Assembly: GCA_051294905.1 (NCBI GenBank)
Contig: CM119372.1
Location: 15,688,001 to 15,752,000 of the forward strand
Length of the DNA stretch: 64,000 nt
Direction of reading: 5' to 3'
Source of the DNA: Botryllus schlosseri
Taxonomy: Eukaryota
The first letter of the stretch is position 1. Every line of letters begins with the position of its first letter. Position numbers and translations under genes: made by a program. Positions 38,994 through 52,700 of the stretch are shown in pieces. Below the pieces are notes generated by a model, which worked only from the letters and a program-made list of their open reading frames with translations, had not been told where the DNA came from and searched no databases.

Positions 38994-40785
38994 GAGCCTA
39001 GATAGACTCTAGGATGCGCCAGAACAAACATTGGGTGCATATTAGCTGTTAGAATGCTATTTTGTGCAAATCTTCAGCTCATAGGTGTATACTTAGGTTG
39101 CAATTCGACTACGCACCAATATATATACCACAGGTTAACCGTGGCTTAACTTGTTCGCAATTTTGGAACAATAATCTTCAAACGTGTGTTATTACAGCAG
39201 TGTTTTTCCACTTTTTTAACACCATCAGCCCTTTTTTTGTTAAAAAACTTCATCCGTACAAACTTGCACAAAATTATCATAGTACAGAAAATGCAGATAC
39301 GTAATAATATACTTCTCAGATGTGCAGCAGATGGACAACCGGTTTCGGCCGTCAAGTGTCTCATTAAAAATACGACTCCTTCCAACGCTTTGATTTCAAC
39401 TGTATAGTGCACTAAAACCGTTTTCGGTCGAATAAGTGTTGGGTTTGTATAAGAACATGTAGTGCTTGGATGGACAGATCTTTATAGAACCATCCAGCAA
39501 TCCTATCCAAAATACAGCTATTTTCCGCAAGTGAAAAATGATTGATAGCAACAATCGTTTCAAGAGTAGGCCTATATTACACAAAGGTCTCAGAGGCTCT
39601 AAGTTGTCGTCGAAGGTGTGAACATCGTAATGTTTGTTTTAACCCTTCTGCCTGGCGACTTGTAAAATAAGCTCTAGAACTATCAAGGAGGGTAGGCACA
39701 TTAGAACCAGTGACCCAAAATTGTACCCTTTGCCACCTATACTGTATGAACCCTTAAAGGAGCAAATTTACGTAGCGGTAATTGCAAATTGGAGTCAACT
39801 ACTACTATACTACTATTCGACGAAATGATGATGATTGCTCAGAGGAAGAAAGCAGAAAGTCAATTTTGCGTCATTTTTCCGCGTGTCGTAGGCTCAAACG
39901 AGCTATTGCACTATGTATGACTGCCGGCCACTACACCCGATTTCGGATCCGACTATTGGTTACATACTGTAATAATTTTTAATTATAACACGGTAATGTT
40001 GATTCTTTACGGCTGCTGCGAGACAAAGTTTTTGTAAAAGCTGCGATTAGTGGTGCGTCGTAAGTAAGGTTTATTTTAATTTTCCTGTTCCACGTCAAAA
40101 GAGTTATAATTATTTACGATTTCCATCCGCACCAATCCGGATTTTCATCCGCATTGATTTGTAGCACGCTTGTCATCAGCACAACAAATTTTTTAATCTG
40201 CACAAGTCCGCACCATCCCACAGGTCGAAAAACATTGCCTTACAGTATTTTTATTTCATATGTGTATCAGGCATCCTCGTTTTTCAGCATTCCGGGAATA
40301 GCGACCTCGCCTTACATTTCAACATTGTTTTAAATAATATCGTGAATATGTAAAGTGGACAATTAGCCTATGCGTTTCTGGTTCTGATTTGCGAAATGTT
40401 GAAATTTGTCGCGATGTTACTATTCCTGGACTGCTCTAAGAAAATAATTAAGTACAAAATGAATGCGTTATCCGGATTGTGCATCGTAGCCTTAGGCGAA
40501 ATAAGCATAGAGAGGTCGAAATGCCCACGGAATTTTATATAACGAATGGATTTATTAATCTCTATGTGGTCCACCTATAATTCTCCTTAAATAATAAAGA
40601 ATTGCATCTGCTAATTCGTATACGGTGGTTAATATTTCTTGCGATGTAATATACCGTGCCGACAACTTGATTGATAGATATTCCCGTTCGTAAAGTCAAT
40701 CTTTCGTTTGAGGTAAGTCAAATCTTATAAATATAGGCCATCTCTGTATTGTTATTGAAGTTCCGACACTGGTCTTCCTTTGACT

Positions 40786-41040
40786 AGAGTTGAGAACAAT
40801 TCACTATCTTCGAGTCACAAGTCATCACCAATCATTGAACAGTTTGGCTCGAGTCAAGTTCAGTAATCCGATTTTCGAAGATGAATTGAGTCAAGTCAAG
40901 TCATGCTAGGTCACTAGTCAAATCGCAATTCCAGTTAAAATGAATTTTAGAAGTATGAGGCATGATTCAAACTCATTACAATTTTCTAGCTGTTTGAAAC
41001 TAAGTGCGAGTCTGCTTTCATTCTAAACCGACGAACAAAC
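40786..41040 (+). mobile_element. Left-end remnant of the GACTCGAGTC/CAAGT family
   Basis: Colinear with 36715-37010; truncated just before the Chapaev3 element. Confidence 0.7.
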
Positions 41041-41068
41041 AAACAAACGTAGCTTAAATCAGTAATTA

Positions 41069-44000
41069 CGGTGTGCTGCGTTTAAAAATTACTTTTCAAA
41101 GGCCAAAGATGTTTTATTTGATTTTAAATCATTTTTTGTGCTACACTAAAAAATGCAACCATTTTTCACACTACATTTTTGTTTATTACGTCCCTATGGT
41201 ATGTTAAATTCCACAATGGAAAGCACATAGAGGTAAGATGGCGCAACACTAAAATTTCATAAACTCAATAATTTCGAATTTTAATTCCGCTTCATCGGAA
41301 GGTGCAGCCCATTATGTTGTTCTTTACGTTCGAGATGATGCTTTCTAGCTGCGGGTCTTGCGAGATCGGTTTCCTCATTGTTGTCATCCGCTTGATGGAA
41401 TTCAGCAGCCACTGGCGATCTATTTTGCGCGTCTCGTGTAGCTTCTTGTTTCTTCCAGTCCATATCGCCTGTTTGAACATAAAGATTAGGATCATTAGAG
41501 TTCGCTCATGGCCTTCCCTGATTAGTCGTCTGGGTGCCATATGAAGTATGGTCTGCATGTTCGCTCTTTGTTCGGTATTTGCCGTGACTTGTTCCCACGC
41601 TCCTAAAATGAGGTTTAGAACTGATGTAATTGTATCACACATCACACTGGGTAAAAATATGGACATGAGATTCAGTTCGGATTTCGCAGAGCACACATTT
41701 ATCAGTTGGTTCGACCAGGCGTGCGTTCAACTTATCCATGGTTGGAAGTATTTGATGCGCCGCATCCCAGTTGAGGTCTCTTTGTTTTCGCGTGAGGTAT
41801 TTTGCCCGTACGTTTTTCCAGCTCGGGCCTTCCATGTCCATGATTTCTCTTTTGTGTTGCCTTACGATTGTCGCCCGGTATATGTCCTTCGACATTCCTT
41901 TTTCGTAGTCTGCGTCCAGGATTCCCAGTTCCCTCATTGTTTCGTTCACTTCCACCCAGTGTGGTGGCGGCTGAAATGCATGAGGTCTGTGATTAGATAG
42001 TTTGTTCTTTCTGTACCTGTTAATGATGATTGCGAGCTGGTGCTCCATTCGTCCGTCCCATTCTGTCTCCGTGTTTTTGCCCGAGTTTTTTAGATACTGG
42101 ATTGCAGGCTTGATGAAGATGAGATCCGTAATTCTTGGTATATCGGTCAAGCCAAGTCCTCCGATTTCCTCCTTTTGAATTATTTTGTTGTAATCCGCTC
42201 TCTTCTCCATGCCGAACAGGAATGACATAATGAGTCCTCTTAGTTTGGCTTTCAGGTCCTTCGGCATTCTCGAGGTGGTGGCGAGATATGCGAACAAAGG
42301 AAGAATATTGGTCCTTAATAGTTCTATTTTTTCATACCTTTGAAATTTCATCATTTTCATTTCTTTGATGCGTCGATCTGTTTTGCCAATTGCCGCTTCC
42401 CATTGCTGTTCTGTTACTTGCAAATTGTGGCCTATTGTTTTTCCTAATACGCTAACCTCATCGGCCCATTGGATCGCCGTTGCTGTATTGTACTGGCCTC
42501 CTGCTCCAAATTTTATTCCTTTTGTTTTTCCCAATTAATTTGTAGTCCGCTTGCTTTTCCGAATTGGGTGATGATGCGCACGGCCTTTTCGCAATCTTGT
42601 ACTTTCGCCAGCGTTATTGTCACATCATCGGCGTAGGCCGGGGTGGTGATTCTGTTCTTGAGTCCGGTCAGTTTGTACCCGGCTAGGTTCTGGTTGAGGC
42701 TCTGTAACAAAGATTCGGTGGCAATAGTGAACAGATACATGGAAATAGGGTCGCCTTGTTTAATTACCGTCTGAATTTCTATTTCGTTACCAATTCTCCC
42801 GCCAACTGAGACTCGCGATGTGCTCTTTTCGTATACTTGCTGGTAGAATTCATGTTGCAACCATTTTTTTCAATCAGGTCAAGTTTTTTCTTCATGATAT
42901 GTTCAGTTATGCTAGCTTTTGGTCATTATTGTACACTAATAAACTAATTATTGTGGTAGCTTAATTGGTCTTGCATGTAGTGAATTTTTGCAACATGGTA
43001 ATTTTATATGAATTAAAGGTTTTGGCAATGATAGCAGTTTTAAATATCACTAAAATATAATAACGCAGTTGAAATAAAGCACTTACAACTAACCAAGACG
43101 TCAAACTTTTGTTCAATGGCCCTCAATCTAACAGAAGAAGGTTGAAGTTGATATGTTACACTACACACACGTAAACAATATAAGATACAAATGATTTATG
43201 CTGACAATAAATGTTGCTTCAAACATTCTCTTCCATGTTTGGAGTTATGTGACGATCTCTCTTTAAGCACCAACGACAAGCTGCAAACATGTTTACGTCC
43301 GTGTATAATGCATCTTTGCAACATATATTCCATCTGGCGAAGGTCTTGGTGGAATCTCTCTCCTTGTTCTTCGCTGTAATCACCCCAGTTGACTCGAAAG
43401 TAATCCTAATGGAAACTCTGAAGGTGCATTTTCACAGACATCAAGGCTTTGACGGATTGAAAGCTTTCAGGCAGCTCTTTGACCAGTGCTTCGAAAAACA
43501 GGGCTTTCAGGAAAGTCTAAATTACTACTCGTAAAGCTGTCCATGGTCTTTTTTCTACTGTACCCATGTGTGCAGTGAAACCTTCGTCTTTGATCAGTTG
43601 ACAGATCTGTGGCCTATAAAAGAATCCTCCGATCGTAGGTTCACTTCCGAGATAGGGGGGGGGGGATTTAATTTGTAAGAACTTGAAGGTTTGGCCAACT
43701 TTATCAAGTGCCCAGGTATAGTTTTTATGAGACCAAGTTTAGGACCAAGCTCCACAGACACAAAAAATGGATGTTTAGTGTAACCGGTCTGTGACCCTGT
43801 GAGGAAATATCGAAAACATTTTTAAGACACCAAATATTTTCCATTTGTGCTGGCTATACTGAAGAGGCTTCAAAAAGGAATTTCATGTCTTCATAGCATT
43901 CAGTGAGCTTCACTGAATGTCCACTTGTTCAACAGCAATAGAAGCATTATGTCATTATGTAGTGATCCTGCCTTCAAACTCTTTAGAGGTGAGTCCAAAT

Positions 44001-44329
44001 ACCATCGCCATTCTGCCGATCTGTGGACTATATGTCCAAAGCCGATACTAATCCTGAAACATCTTTACAGGGTACTATAGGAATGGTCTTCGTCATAATT
44101 AAAATGTTTTTAAAACTTGTCAACAAAACTCAATTGCGAAATCGTTTTCATGAAGTCACAAATCTTAATCGCATAACGCTGAATTATGCAGTTTTCGAAA
44201 ATTCGAATGCAATTTGCCAAATAAATAGACTTAGTTGAAGAAAACGGATAATAATTTTGGATTCAGCATCAAGAAGTACACCAAGAACCGTCAATACTTT
44301 AGTAACCTCAAAATTAACGCAGCACAGTG
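41069..44329 (-). mobile_element. Chapaev3 (CMC superfamily) DNA transposon relic; transposase pseudogene at ~43250-44050
   Basis: Ends cggtgtgctgcgtt / aacgcagcacagtg with TTA on both flanks. Minus-strand peptides in the expected order, with frameshifts: EWRWYLDSPLKSLKAGSLHN, GSQTGYTKHP, KLGLIK..ALDK, FIGPQICQLIKDE, SEEQGERFHQDLRQME. Confidence 0.88.
41167..42855 (-). mobile_element. 5'-truncated L1/Tx1-clade LINE (RT C-terminal half plus zinc knuckle)
   Basis: IKQGDPISMYLF and YADD RT motifs; GGLGL and CVLCEIRTESHVHIFTQC. Frameshifts near 42520 and 41640. AATAAA near the 3' end. TSD TGCAACCATTTTT at 41154-41166 and 42856-42868. Confidence 0.93.
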
Positions 44330-44565
44330 TTATCAGTAAAAATAAAGGATCGAATACGAAACCTCGAGAGTTGAAATATATTGATATGATACTATACAGT
44401 ACCCACCATCCATGACCATGAGATACAATTTAAGCCTGCATAAACTATATTCGTTCTATTTCGATCATGCAAAAGGGTTGGTTTTGGTGAGCAATGTGTG
44501 CAGTCTACATAGAACAGATACACATCGCTATTAGATGAATTTACTATTAGTACGAAAACGTAAGT

Positions 44566-46695
44566 CAGGGGTGGCCAACATTTTAGGCCAAAGGGCCACA
44601 TGAGATTTGCGAATCATTGAGTGGGCCACTTGAATGTTGAATGTTGATGAATTTTCTTTAGTCGTCCGAAAGGAGCGAACCGGATTACGTAATCATGAAA
44701 ACAAGACTTATATTAGTACGCGTCAAAATCTCTTAGGAATATGTCATGGAAAGTCAGTGTGCCTAGTGCATCCATGACTAGATCCCGACCGATTATCGGC
44801 TTGCCGATAATATCGAGTCGATATCACGCCTGGAGAGAAATATCAATATCGGCCATTGAAGGTAAAAAAATATCGGCCATTTTCGTGACGTCACAACATG
44901 GTGGCAGGGAGTCAGAGAAGTCGATAGAAGACGTGAGGACGGTAAATTATAAAAATAAATGGCCGAGCTGCATATAATGCATACTGCATACAGGCAGTAG
45001 GCGTGCCTATCTGAAAAATATTTTAGATAACTAACCACCGTTATGCCCCACCGACTTCGTGGGAATCCCCCTGCAGTAATCGATCACCATGAAGACAGAG
45101 AGCAGCTGGATGGATAGTTGTCTGCAGAAGATTTCAATCAGTAAGAAAAATTAGAACTTCAATCATGCTGGACTAACCCTCGTGATGATAGAGAAAAGCG
45201 TCGCGTCGAAATGTTTCTCTGAAGATAGTGCTATTGTTTCGGTATCAAGACCAACAGAGCTATTTATACCACTACCAGTAATGTATGAAGTCGTCTGACT
45301 GAGGCCTGCGGGCCACCATGATAGGAAATATGCGAGCATAGAGGGAAAGAAAATCAAGCAAACGTGGAGTAAAGCCAATAATTGATACGAAAATATTTGA
45401 TTCCATGCTGACATTGGCCAACTATTATTGATCAATTGATTGTTGAAATGCTGGTCATGGTCAAGGCCTAAGGGCAAGGGGATGGGTGGAGCAGTTGCAG
45501 ACGTGGACAATTTGAGTTGATTTGGTCATCCTCTTTCAGCTATTTGTTAATGGTGTGCTGAAGGCTCCAGGTGCACTGCCAGAAGAATATCAATATTTAG
45601 TGAAACCTTGAAGGAAAGATCGCCTGCAAGGGAGCGGTGGAACCGAAATGAAGACAGATTTCCGATTCTTGCTGTGCCACTAACTATGGTACCAAGTGGA
45701 AGACTGTGTTTAGTACTATATACATCATTTATGGAAGACCACAGAAGTTCACTCCTTGGAGAAAGGGCCGAGAAATTGTGCTTCGTGAACTGTAATCTGC
45801 AACTGCTGGATTGGTGCTGTTTTGATATATTTTTATAGCCCCTAAATCATTTATTTCATGTTCAAGCATATCAATGGCTTTAAAGTTGTTGAAATAAATG
45901 CTCTGAGGTGTTAAATATAGGCCTTGAGCTAGATTCCACATCTTTTGAATATCGGCTGAATATATCGGGGTTATCGGTGGAGGTACTGGATATCGGTGTT
46001 ATCGGTATCGGCTCAGAAATCCAATATCGGTCGGGCTCTATCCATGACCTATAAAACGAGAAAAATTTCCAAAGTTAATGAATGAGTTCAGCCAATACTA
46101 ATATCACTTGCATATGTTGCGGGTCGACTCTGTAGGTCGCTGGGCTCATTTGGCAACGACAGAATTATTCGGCGCTTAGATATATTCATATCGAAAATTT
46201 CGGCGTACATGCGTCTATCATTTTGTGCAAAGGTTTCATCACCGCCGACCATCTTTCTGCAAGTGCATAAAGGAAGTCGGATGATTATGACACGTTCTCT
46301 CATAATTGCGCGTATACGTATAGTCAGATTTAATTCGGTAGATTTTCAGGAGGGGTAGTAAAATGAAGAAATTGAGTGACAATAAATCGCGCGAAGTGCT
46401 AAGAAAAAATGAAGTCAAATTAATCCACCACGAAATTTTCTACTTTATGGTCATATACGAAGATATACGAAAAGTGTGACTGGCCTGGACTTGTTACGGC
46501 AATGCGTTGGAACTAATATTTAAGTCATCAACAACCCAAATTTCTTGGTAAATCTAGTCAAATCTTTGGTTGACCGCCTAGCGGATTTACAATACATTAC
46601 ACGAGTCATTTACTATTTGATATTTTGGCTAATTTCGGCAATTATCTCGCGGGCCACTCAAAATCTTCTCACAGGCCACGTGTTGGCCGCCCCTG
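44566..46695. mobile_element. Charlie-type hAT element
   Basis: TIRs caggggtggccaaca / tgttggccgcccctg; TSD poorly conserved. The right arm matches the fragment at 29081-29290 in reverse. Confidence 0.68.
44779..46040. mobile_element. hAT element with TATCGG subterminal repeats, nested in 44566-46695
   Basis: TIRs tagatcccgaccgat / atcggtcgggctcta; perfect TSD TCCATGAC at 44771-44778 and 46041-46048. Confidence 0.92.
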
Positions 46696-47070
46696 TGATA
46701 ATTCTACCTGTTATAGTTGCAGTATCTTTATCGCCAGCAGCCTGCCGTTTCATTCAACAAATTGACAACCGATAGCCAAAACCGCGTATTCGTGTTATGA
46801 TGAAATATGATTAAACCACTTATTTGAAAACTTGGGCACCTACAGTAAGCATCGGGCGTTACTTTATCCCCCTTCATGCGTCGCGATTAGCAGGTTTTAA
46901 TCAGCATTCTTCGTTTCAGGCTATTGCATGATCTCTGCCTAAAATGTGTCCCGATTAGAAGATCTTAATCAAATTATCAGTATTCTTTTGGATCAGGTAA
47001 CTTTGTGATCTCCGCCTGGAACTTGAATAGATGCCTGCCCTAATTCAGGAGGTCATGTTAATATTATTAT

Positions 47071-49786
47071 ATTCTTTATTCACAGTAAAACTGGTAGATA
47101 CACACATAATCCGGGGAGCAACCTGCCCCCAAAGGAAAATGGCGAGATTGGAGTAAATATTTAAAATTTCAGTAATACATTCAAATTGTTATTCCTATGC
47201 AATACACGGATAAGTCAGATTACAGAATTGCAGCAGATGAAGAATTGGCAAGGGTTACAGAGCAGAGGTAGAGATGATTGAAGATGAAAAATCGAAATTA
47301 CAGAAATTATGCTGTGATTCACAAGTGTAATTTTAGTCCGGTGGTGCATTCAAGGCCTTCCGAAGAATGTGCACAGTGCCCAATATTGTGATCTTTTGGA
47401 TCATGTCGAATCACGTTACTCGGAATTTGTTGGATGTCTCATGAGTTTTTTGCTCACGACCCCTGTAGCGCCAATGACTATCGGTACAATGTTTATTTTG
47501 CATCGCCACATTTTCTCACATTCCATTTTGAGATCTGCGTATTTAGAGTGTTTTTCTGATTCTTTTTGCAGTAGGTTGTGATCAGCTGGGACAGCCAGTT
47601 CAATGAATAAGCATTCTCTTTTCTTTTTTAGTTTGACGATTATATCCGGGCGGTTGCTTCTGATTTCGCGGTCAGTTATCACTGGTACATCCCACAGAAT
47701 TTTTACTTGTTCGTTTTCTGTCACCGGTGCTGGGCTGTAATCGTACCAATTTTTTGTCGAAGTGGTGATGTTGAAATGTTTGCATAATTCAAGATGAATG
47801 TAGTGACCAATCCTATTGTGTCTCCATGTGTATTCGGCAGCTGCAAGTGCACCACAGCCGGACATGAGATGTGCTACAGCAGGGGTTCTCAACTTCTCTC
47901 GTATAACGGGCCGCATTTTAACAGCAAAAGACTCTGTGGGCCGCAGCACATTATCACCATGTATTTTATGGGCTACTAATAATTTTAGGGTAGTCTAGCC
48001 TATTTACTAGTCTTATACGGGTATTCCGTACATTTCTATGCATTCTGTTGCATTAATGGACAGCGTTCGTAAGTTTGCAGTTGCTGTTTTTCTTGTGTGT
48101 GTGAGAATATCTTTCTTCTAGCGGTGCAAGTAAGCCACTTCATGGAACATGCATTGCTTTCGTTGCCAAATTGGTGTATGCACCTCCAAGCCCTTCCACC
48201 AGAAAACCGAACTCTCTGTTTCAATGCGTGAGCGAGCAAATATAAAATTACGGCTACTTCTTCGTTACAGAGGCCATTATCACTTTGAGCTCTCAGTGAT
48301 ATGAAAAGAAGTCAAGAGCTCTGGCTAATTTCTGAGCAAACCAATCAGCCCTTCTCATTTTCTTACATGGCCGGAGCGCTGCATCAATAATTACAAAAGT
48401 CAGCTTTGTCAAGTTGATATTTTTCACTGGTCCCCTTCCCAACTTTGCCTAGTCAGCATTTCCTCCGGAAATATGTCCAGTGTAATAAAATGCACCTGAA
48501 TAATTAGCTCTGCAATGTGTGTCAAGTAGGTGGATTCGTCCAATGTCAGACTAAAGTAGTCTACGTGGGAACGTGTTCAAGAACATGCGATAAAAATCGA
48601 CTGACATTGCTGTTAATCTTCTGGTGACGGTTGATCCAGACAACTGTATATAGCTTCGAAATTGGTCAGGCGATGTTGGTCTTGCTGTTAAATTCCGGAA
48701 ACAGCGAATTTACGCACAGTATACCTTAAAGTTTTATTGAAGTCACATCTTCTCTAGCCTATTCATGGTTTTAGCAATATTCCAAGCAATTTTGAACAAT
48801 GCGTCTATAACGTCGTCGGCAACTTTAACAATGTCTCGAAATGTGGATTGCTGGGCTTGACACCCAACTATAACAACGTTTTCTTTAACATCGGGCGATA
48901 TGTTTAACTCCAGAAGGAGCTGGAATCATTAAGCTTTTACGCTTCGTTACAACAACTGTTCTTCGACAAATATGGCACATCGGTCTTCCATAACAATACT
49001 GTACCAGTAGTAATTGCGTTCATAATGAAAGATGTCGCGGGCCGCAAAACAATCGTCTGCGGGCCGCATGCGGCCCGCGGGCCGCGGGTTGAGAACCCCT
49101 GTGCTACAGTTTCATTTTGGTTGTGGCACATTCTGCATTTGCCGTCCGTGTTTTGCTTCAGAATTCTTTTGCGATAGTATTTTGTAGGAAGCGATTGGTC
49201 TTGTGCTGCGAAAATGAATCCTTCGCTTGCCGGTTTCAGGCCAGAGCTGGATAGCCAGGTCCATGAAAGCTCGTCTACATGGGGCTGTGAAGTTAACTTC
49301 TTGTGCTGTCCATGAAGAGGGATCGACTCCCATATCGTTTCTCTCATTTTGAGCGTTGCATTTTTGTATTGGACTCGTGCTGCTTTTGCTATTGTTGTGG
49401 GTTTAGCAACAGTGTTTTCTGCAGTGTACAGGTTAGCTGTTTCCATGTTGACTTCTCTGACGTACTTGTCGTGACGATAGCTCAGAGATTTTGTTTTGCG
49501 CTGTTTGTCTTCCTGTGCAATGAGTTTGCAGTAAATGTTATCGCTGTTGTTGATGTACTGTGACAAGCCGATGATTTCTGTTTTGAAAGTTTGTTCAATT
49601 TCTTGTAGTCCTCGACCACCTTTTTTTCTGGGGATGTACAGTCTTTGTGTATCAGATTTTGGGTGATGCATGTGGCGCATTGTCATCAGTTTTCTCGTCT
49701 TTGTGTCCAATTTTTTAATTTCATCTTTGCGCCAGTTCACCACACCAAAGCTATATCTCAAGACAGGCACTGCAAGACTGTTTAAG
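47071..49786 (-). mobile_element. 5'-truncated R4/Dong-clade non-LTR retrotransposon (restriction-like endonuclease type)
   Basis: Peptides NSLAVPVLRYSFG, RLYIPRKKGGRGL, AAQDQSL, CRMC..ETVAHLMSGC, RHN, NRPDI..IELAVP and VPIVIGATG, ending ILGTVHILRKAL (stop 47333-47335). TAA-repeat sequence at both flanks. Confidence 0.9.
47880..49101 (-). mobile_element. Charlie/SPIN-like hAT deletion derivative inserted in the R4/Dong ORF
   Basis: TIRs caggggttctcaac / gttgagaacccctg; perfect TSD TGCTACAG. Minus-strand remnants IQLSGSTVTRRL and YFSLTLDEST. Confidence 0.93.
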
Positions 49787-52700
49787 TTTAATAATATTAT
49801 TATTATTATTATTAATTTATTTGGAAGATGACAAAGAGTGGCTCCTGTAAGCGTTAGGTCTTGTGCGCTACGACAGTATTCTATTTTAATGTGACAACAA
49901 TTCAAATGAATCGATTACAACACAGCAAATATTTTAGCACGCATTTCAAAATGCTTTGTTCCTAGTAGTTTGAGGAAGCGAAATGGAATGTTCATATAAT
50001 TACAAGAACGGCGCATGTACGCTCTGTGAAATTCACGTGATGGACAGTCTATGACAGACGCCACAATGTGGTGATGGTGCGATAATGGAGGGATTCGGGA
50101 AAAATATGAAATGATATCCTTTATCTTCCACGAGGCAAAGATGATTCCAAATTTGCGTGCAATATTTGAAAGGAGGTCATGTAAATGTGGCAAGAATTAG
50201 TAGAACGGAAGATCATCAATTTATAGGAGACGAGCAAGTCAAGTCCACTTTTTTGTGTAAATGGGTTCCGGATCGTGAACGGCCATATATATATTGTTAT
50301 CGAATTGCCGAATATATATAGAAAGCTTTGGACTCACTGACGGTCAAAATGCTTGTAAATTGACACAACTTCCTTCTATCTGGCATACTGACCTCAGAAA
50401 TTAATTATTCGGAAGAATAGTTATCATCCGGCCTGGAAAGTTCGCTTGCCTAATGGGGCTCTGTATCCGGCGCGTTTAACACATTAACAGGTACATATCT
50501 CTGTAGCATATAGTAATTAGGATTTAAAACATATATCTTAAACAGTGTTTTAAAAAATTCTACTAGGAAACAAAACCGTTTTATTTTTTTGAAAATTGTA
50601 TCATTATGCCACTGCATTCACATCATCTTGTAAGATATTGTTCTCGTGTGTACTGGAGTATTCCTATCTGCTATATCGTGCACTCTTTTCAGATTTGATG
50701 GGAGTCAAAATGAAAAACATGTGACTCTTAGGTCGGGTATGCAAAGACAGGCCGTATCGGCCAATAGGCGGTCAGATGCTTGTACTGATATGACTTCCAG
50801 TCATAATTCGTTGTAGTAACCATACATCAATTTTGATCATATGAAAAGTATATGGTTTGACTACACAGTCATATGATACCAACACCACCTGACAAGTACG
50901 TTAGTCCCAATAGTTGGAGAACGGATTTGCGCTTCAGGGCATGCCATTGCATACCAGGCACCAGGATTTGTTGTTAGGTTCAAAATTTCTCTTTCGTCTA
51001 GAAAATATAGCAAAATCCTTAAGGGATGGTGTTGTCATTGCGTTGGTCAATTGTTCGACTACGCCATGATACTTCCCATCGTCAACCATCAATCATCTAT
51101 CCGCCAACCATCTATCTATCCGAGGCCATACTAGTATACTCGGTGGTATTTTATCTCTATCCATCTTGCTCGTTAATTGTTCCATATTCACAATACTGAT
51201 CAACCACTAATAATTTCGCTTGGTGCGAATCCAATAATAGCGACTCGATCGATGTCTATTACGAAGCGGCAATCCGTCGGCCGAAAGATTCGCGATTCTT
51301 CACCGACATCTGCAGCGTGTGCAAAATGGCGGACACCGAATTTTTACCAAGTCAAATCAAGTAACGACAAAAAAATAGCTCACTACCTCCTCCACTGGAT
51401 AAAACGGAGAAATCGAGTTGATGTTCAGTACAAAAGTGACTACTATAATCAGAACATCACCTTATCTTCATTATTCTGGAATAGAAAGTTATAGGACGTA
51501 TACATTAGCCGTTATGCTAGGTTAATGATAGAACAACGATTGAGTAGATCCTGCTCTCTACGAACTTGTAAAAACAAACATTTTATGCATATGGCATCGA
51601 TGGGGGACTCGATGAATGGAAACAATTTTTGATTACAAATGCGTTTTACATTGTCCGAAAACCAGATCTTTCCGCTACATATCAACGATATTTCTTTAGA
51701 TATATTTATGTGAGATTTCAAACTATTTCTATGCTGTATTAACGATGAACGATATAATCAAGAATCTAAAATATAATATCTGTTAAGAGTTCTGTGTGGC
51801 TACATGAAATATTATGGTATGGAGCGATGGATTGATCCATCAGTTATGTATGGATTAAAACAAGCGTGATTTAGCGAAACCATGGAAAAGGAATAGTCTG
51901 TTGTTTCCCTGCTAATCACTGACCCCATAGTTATTGGGTAATATTTTAAAGATTCAGCTGTCGGCCAATAAGATCTTATACTTACTATGAAATTAGGCTA
52001 CTCAAAACATACATATCCACGTTCTCATCCAAGGGGACTATGACACAGCGATGCATTCAGCACAGCGCTTTCTATACTTTTCAAAGTTGTTGCTGTGCGA
52101 TATCATACATATGAGGAATGTAAACGCGGCCGATTACACCAATAGGGAGTGAATATGCGGCCTGGCTCTACAAACAAATCCTCTCGTTCACGTGTAAGTA
52201 ATTTGGTTTTCTTTTTACCAAGTATTAGAATCTTTAAAATGTTACAATGGCCGTTTGACTTGTGATGAAATAAGCTTGTGTAAAAAAATCCCGCAATTCG
52301 TTAAATCAAATTTCTTTGTAAAACATATGCACCTCAATCCCAATTCACTAAATTCGTTCAAAGCCAGATTCGTTATTCACCCTGTAGGCTGCGTAGATCC
52401 CGCTGTTCTTGCGCCGCGCAAAATCATATTCCTTTGAAGTCAATTTTCCAGCGAATATAGCTATCAAGATGAGTATTGAGAGAGCGCAATATATTGACAT
52501 CGCGCGAGACCCTTATTGTAAACTTGTAATATCAAACAAAATTCCCCACTTTTACGCGTGCAAATCAATAAGCACATTGTTCGAAAAATGATTTTTGTGT
52601 TCTGCATTTCGGGCAAACATGACTTTATAATTTAAGGTTTACCCAACGCCATAATTGTTTTTCAGAAGAGGCAGTGAATAAAAATCCAGTATCGGTATGT

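Noticed and set aside
41302..42000. Plus-strand ORFs of 80 and 150 aa
   Set aside because: Antisense shadows of the LINE ORF2.
49787..49905. N-terminus of the 322-aa ORF with a poly-Ile 'transmembrane' stretch
   Set aside because: Read-through of the flanking TAA microsatellite beyond the retrotransposon's 5' truncation.
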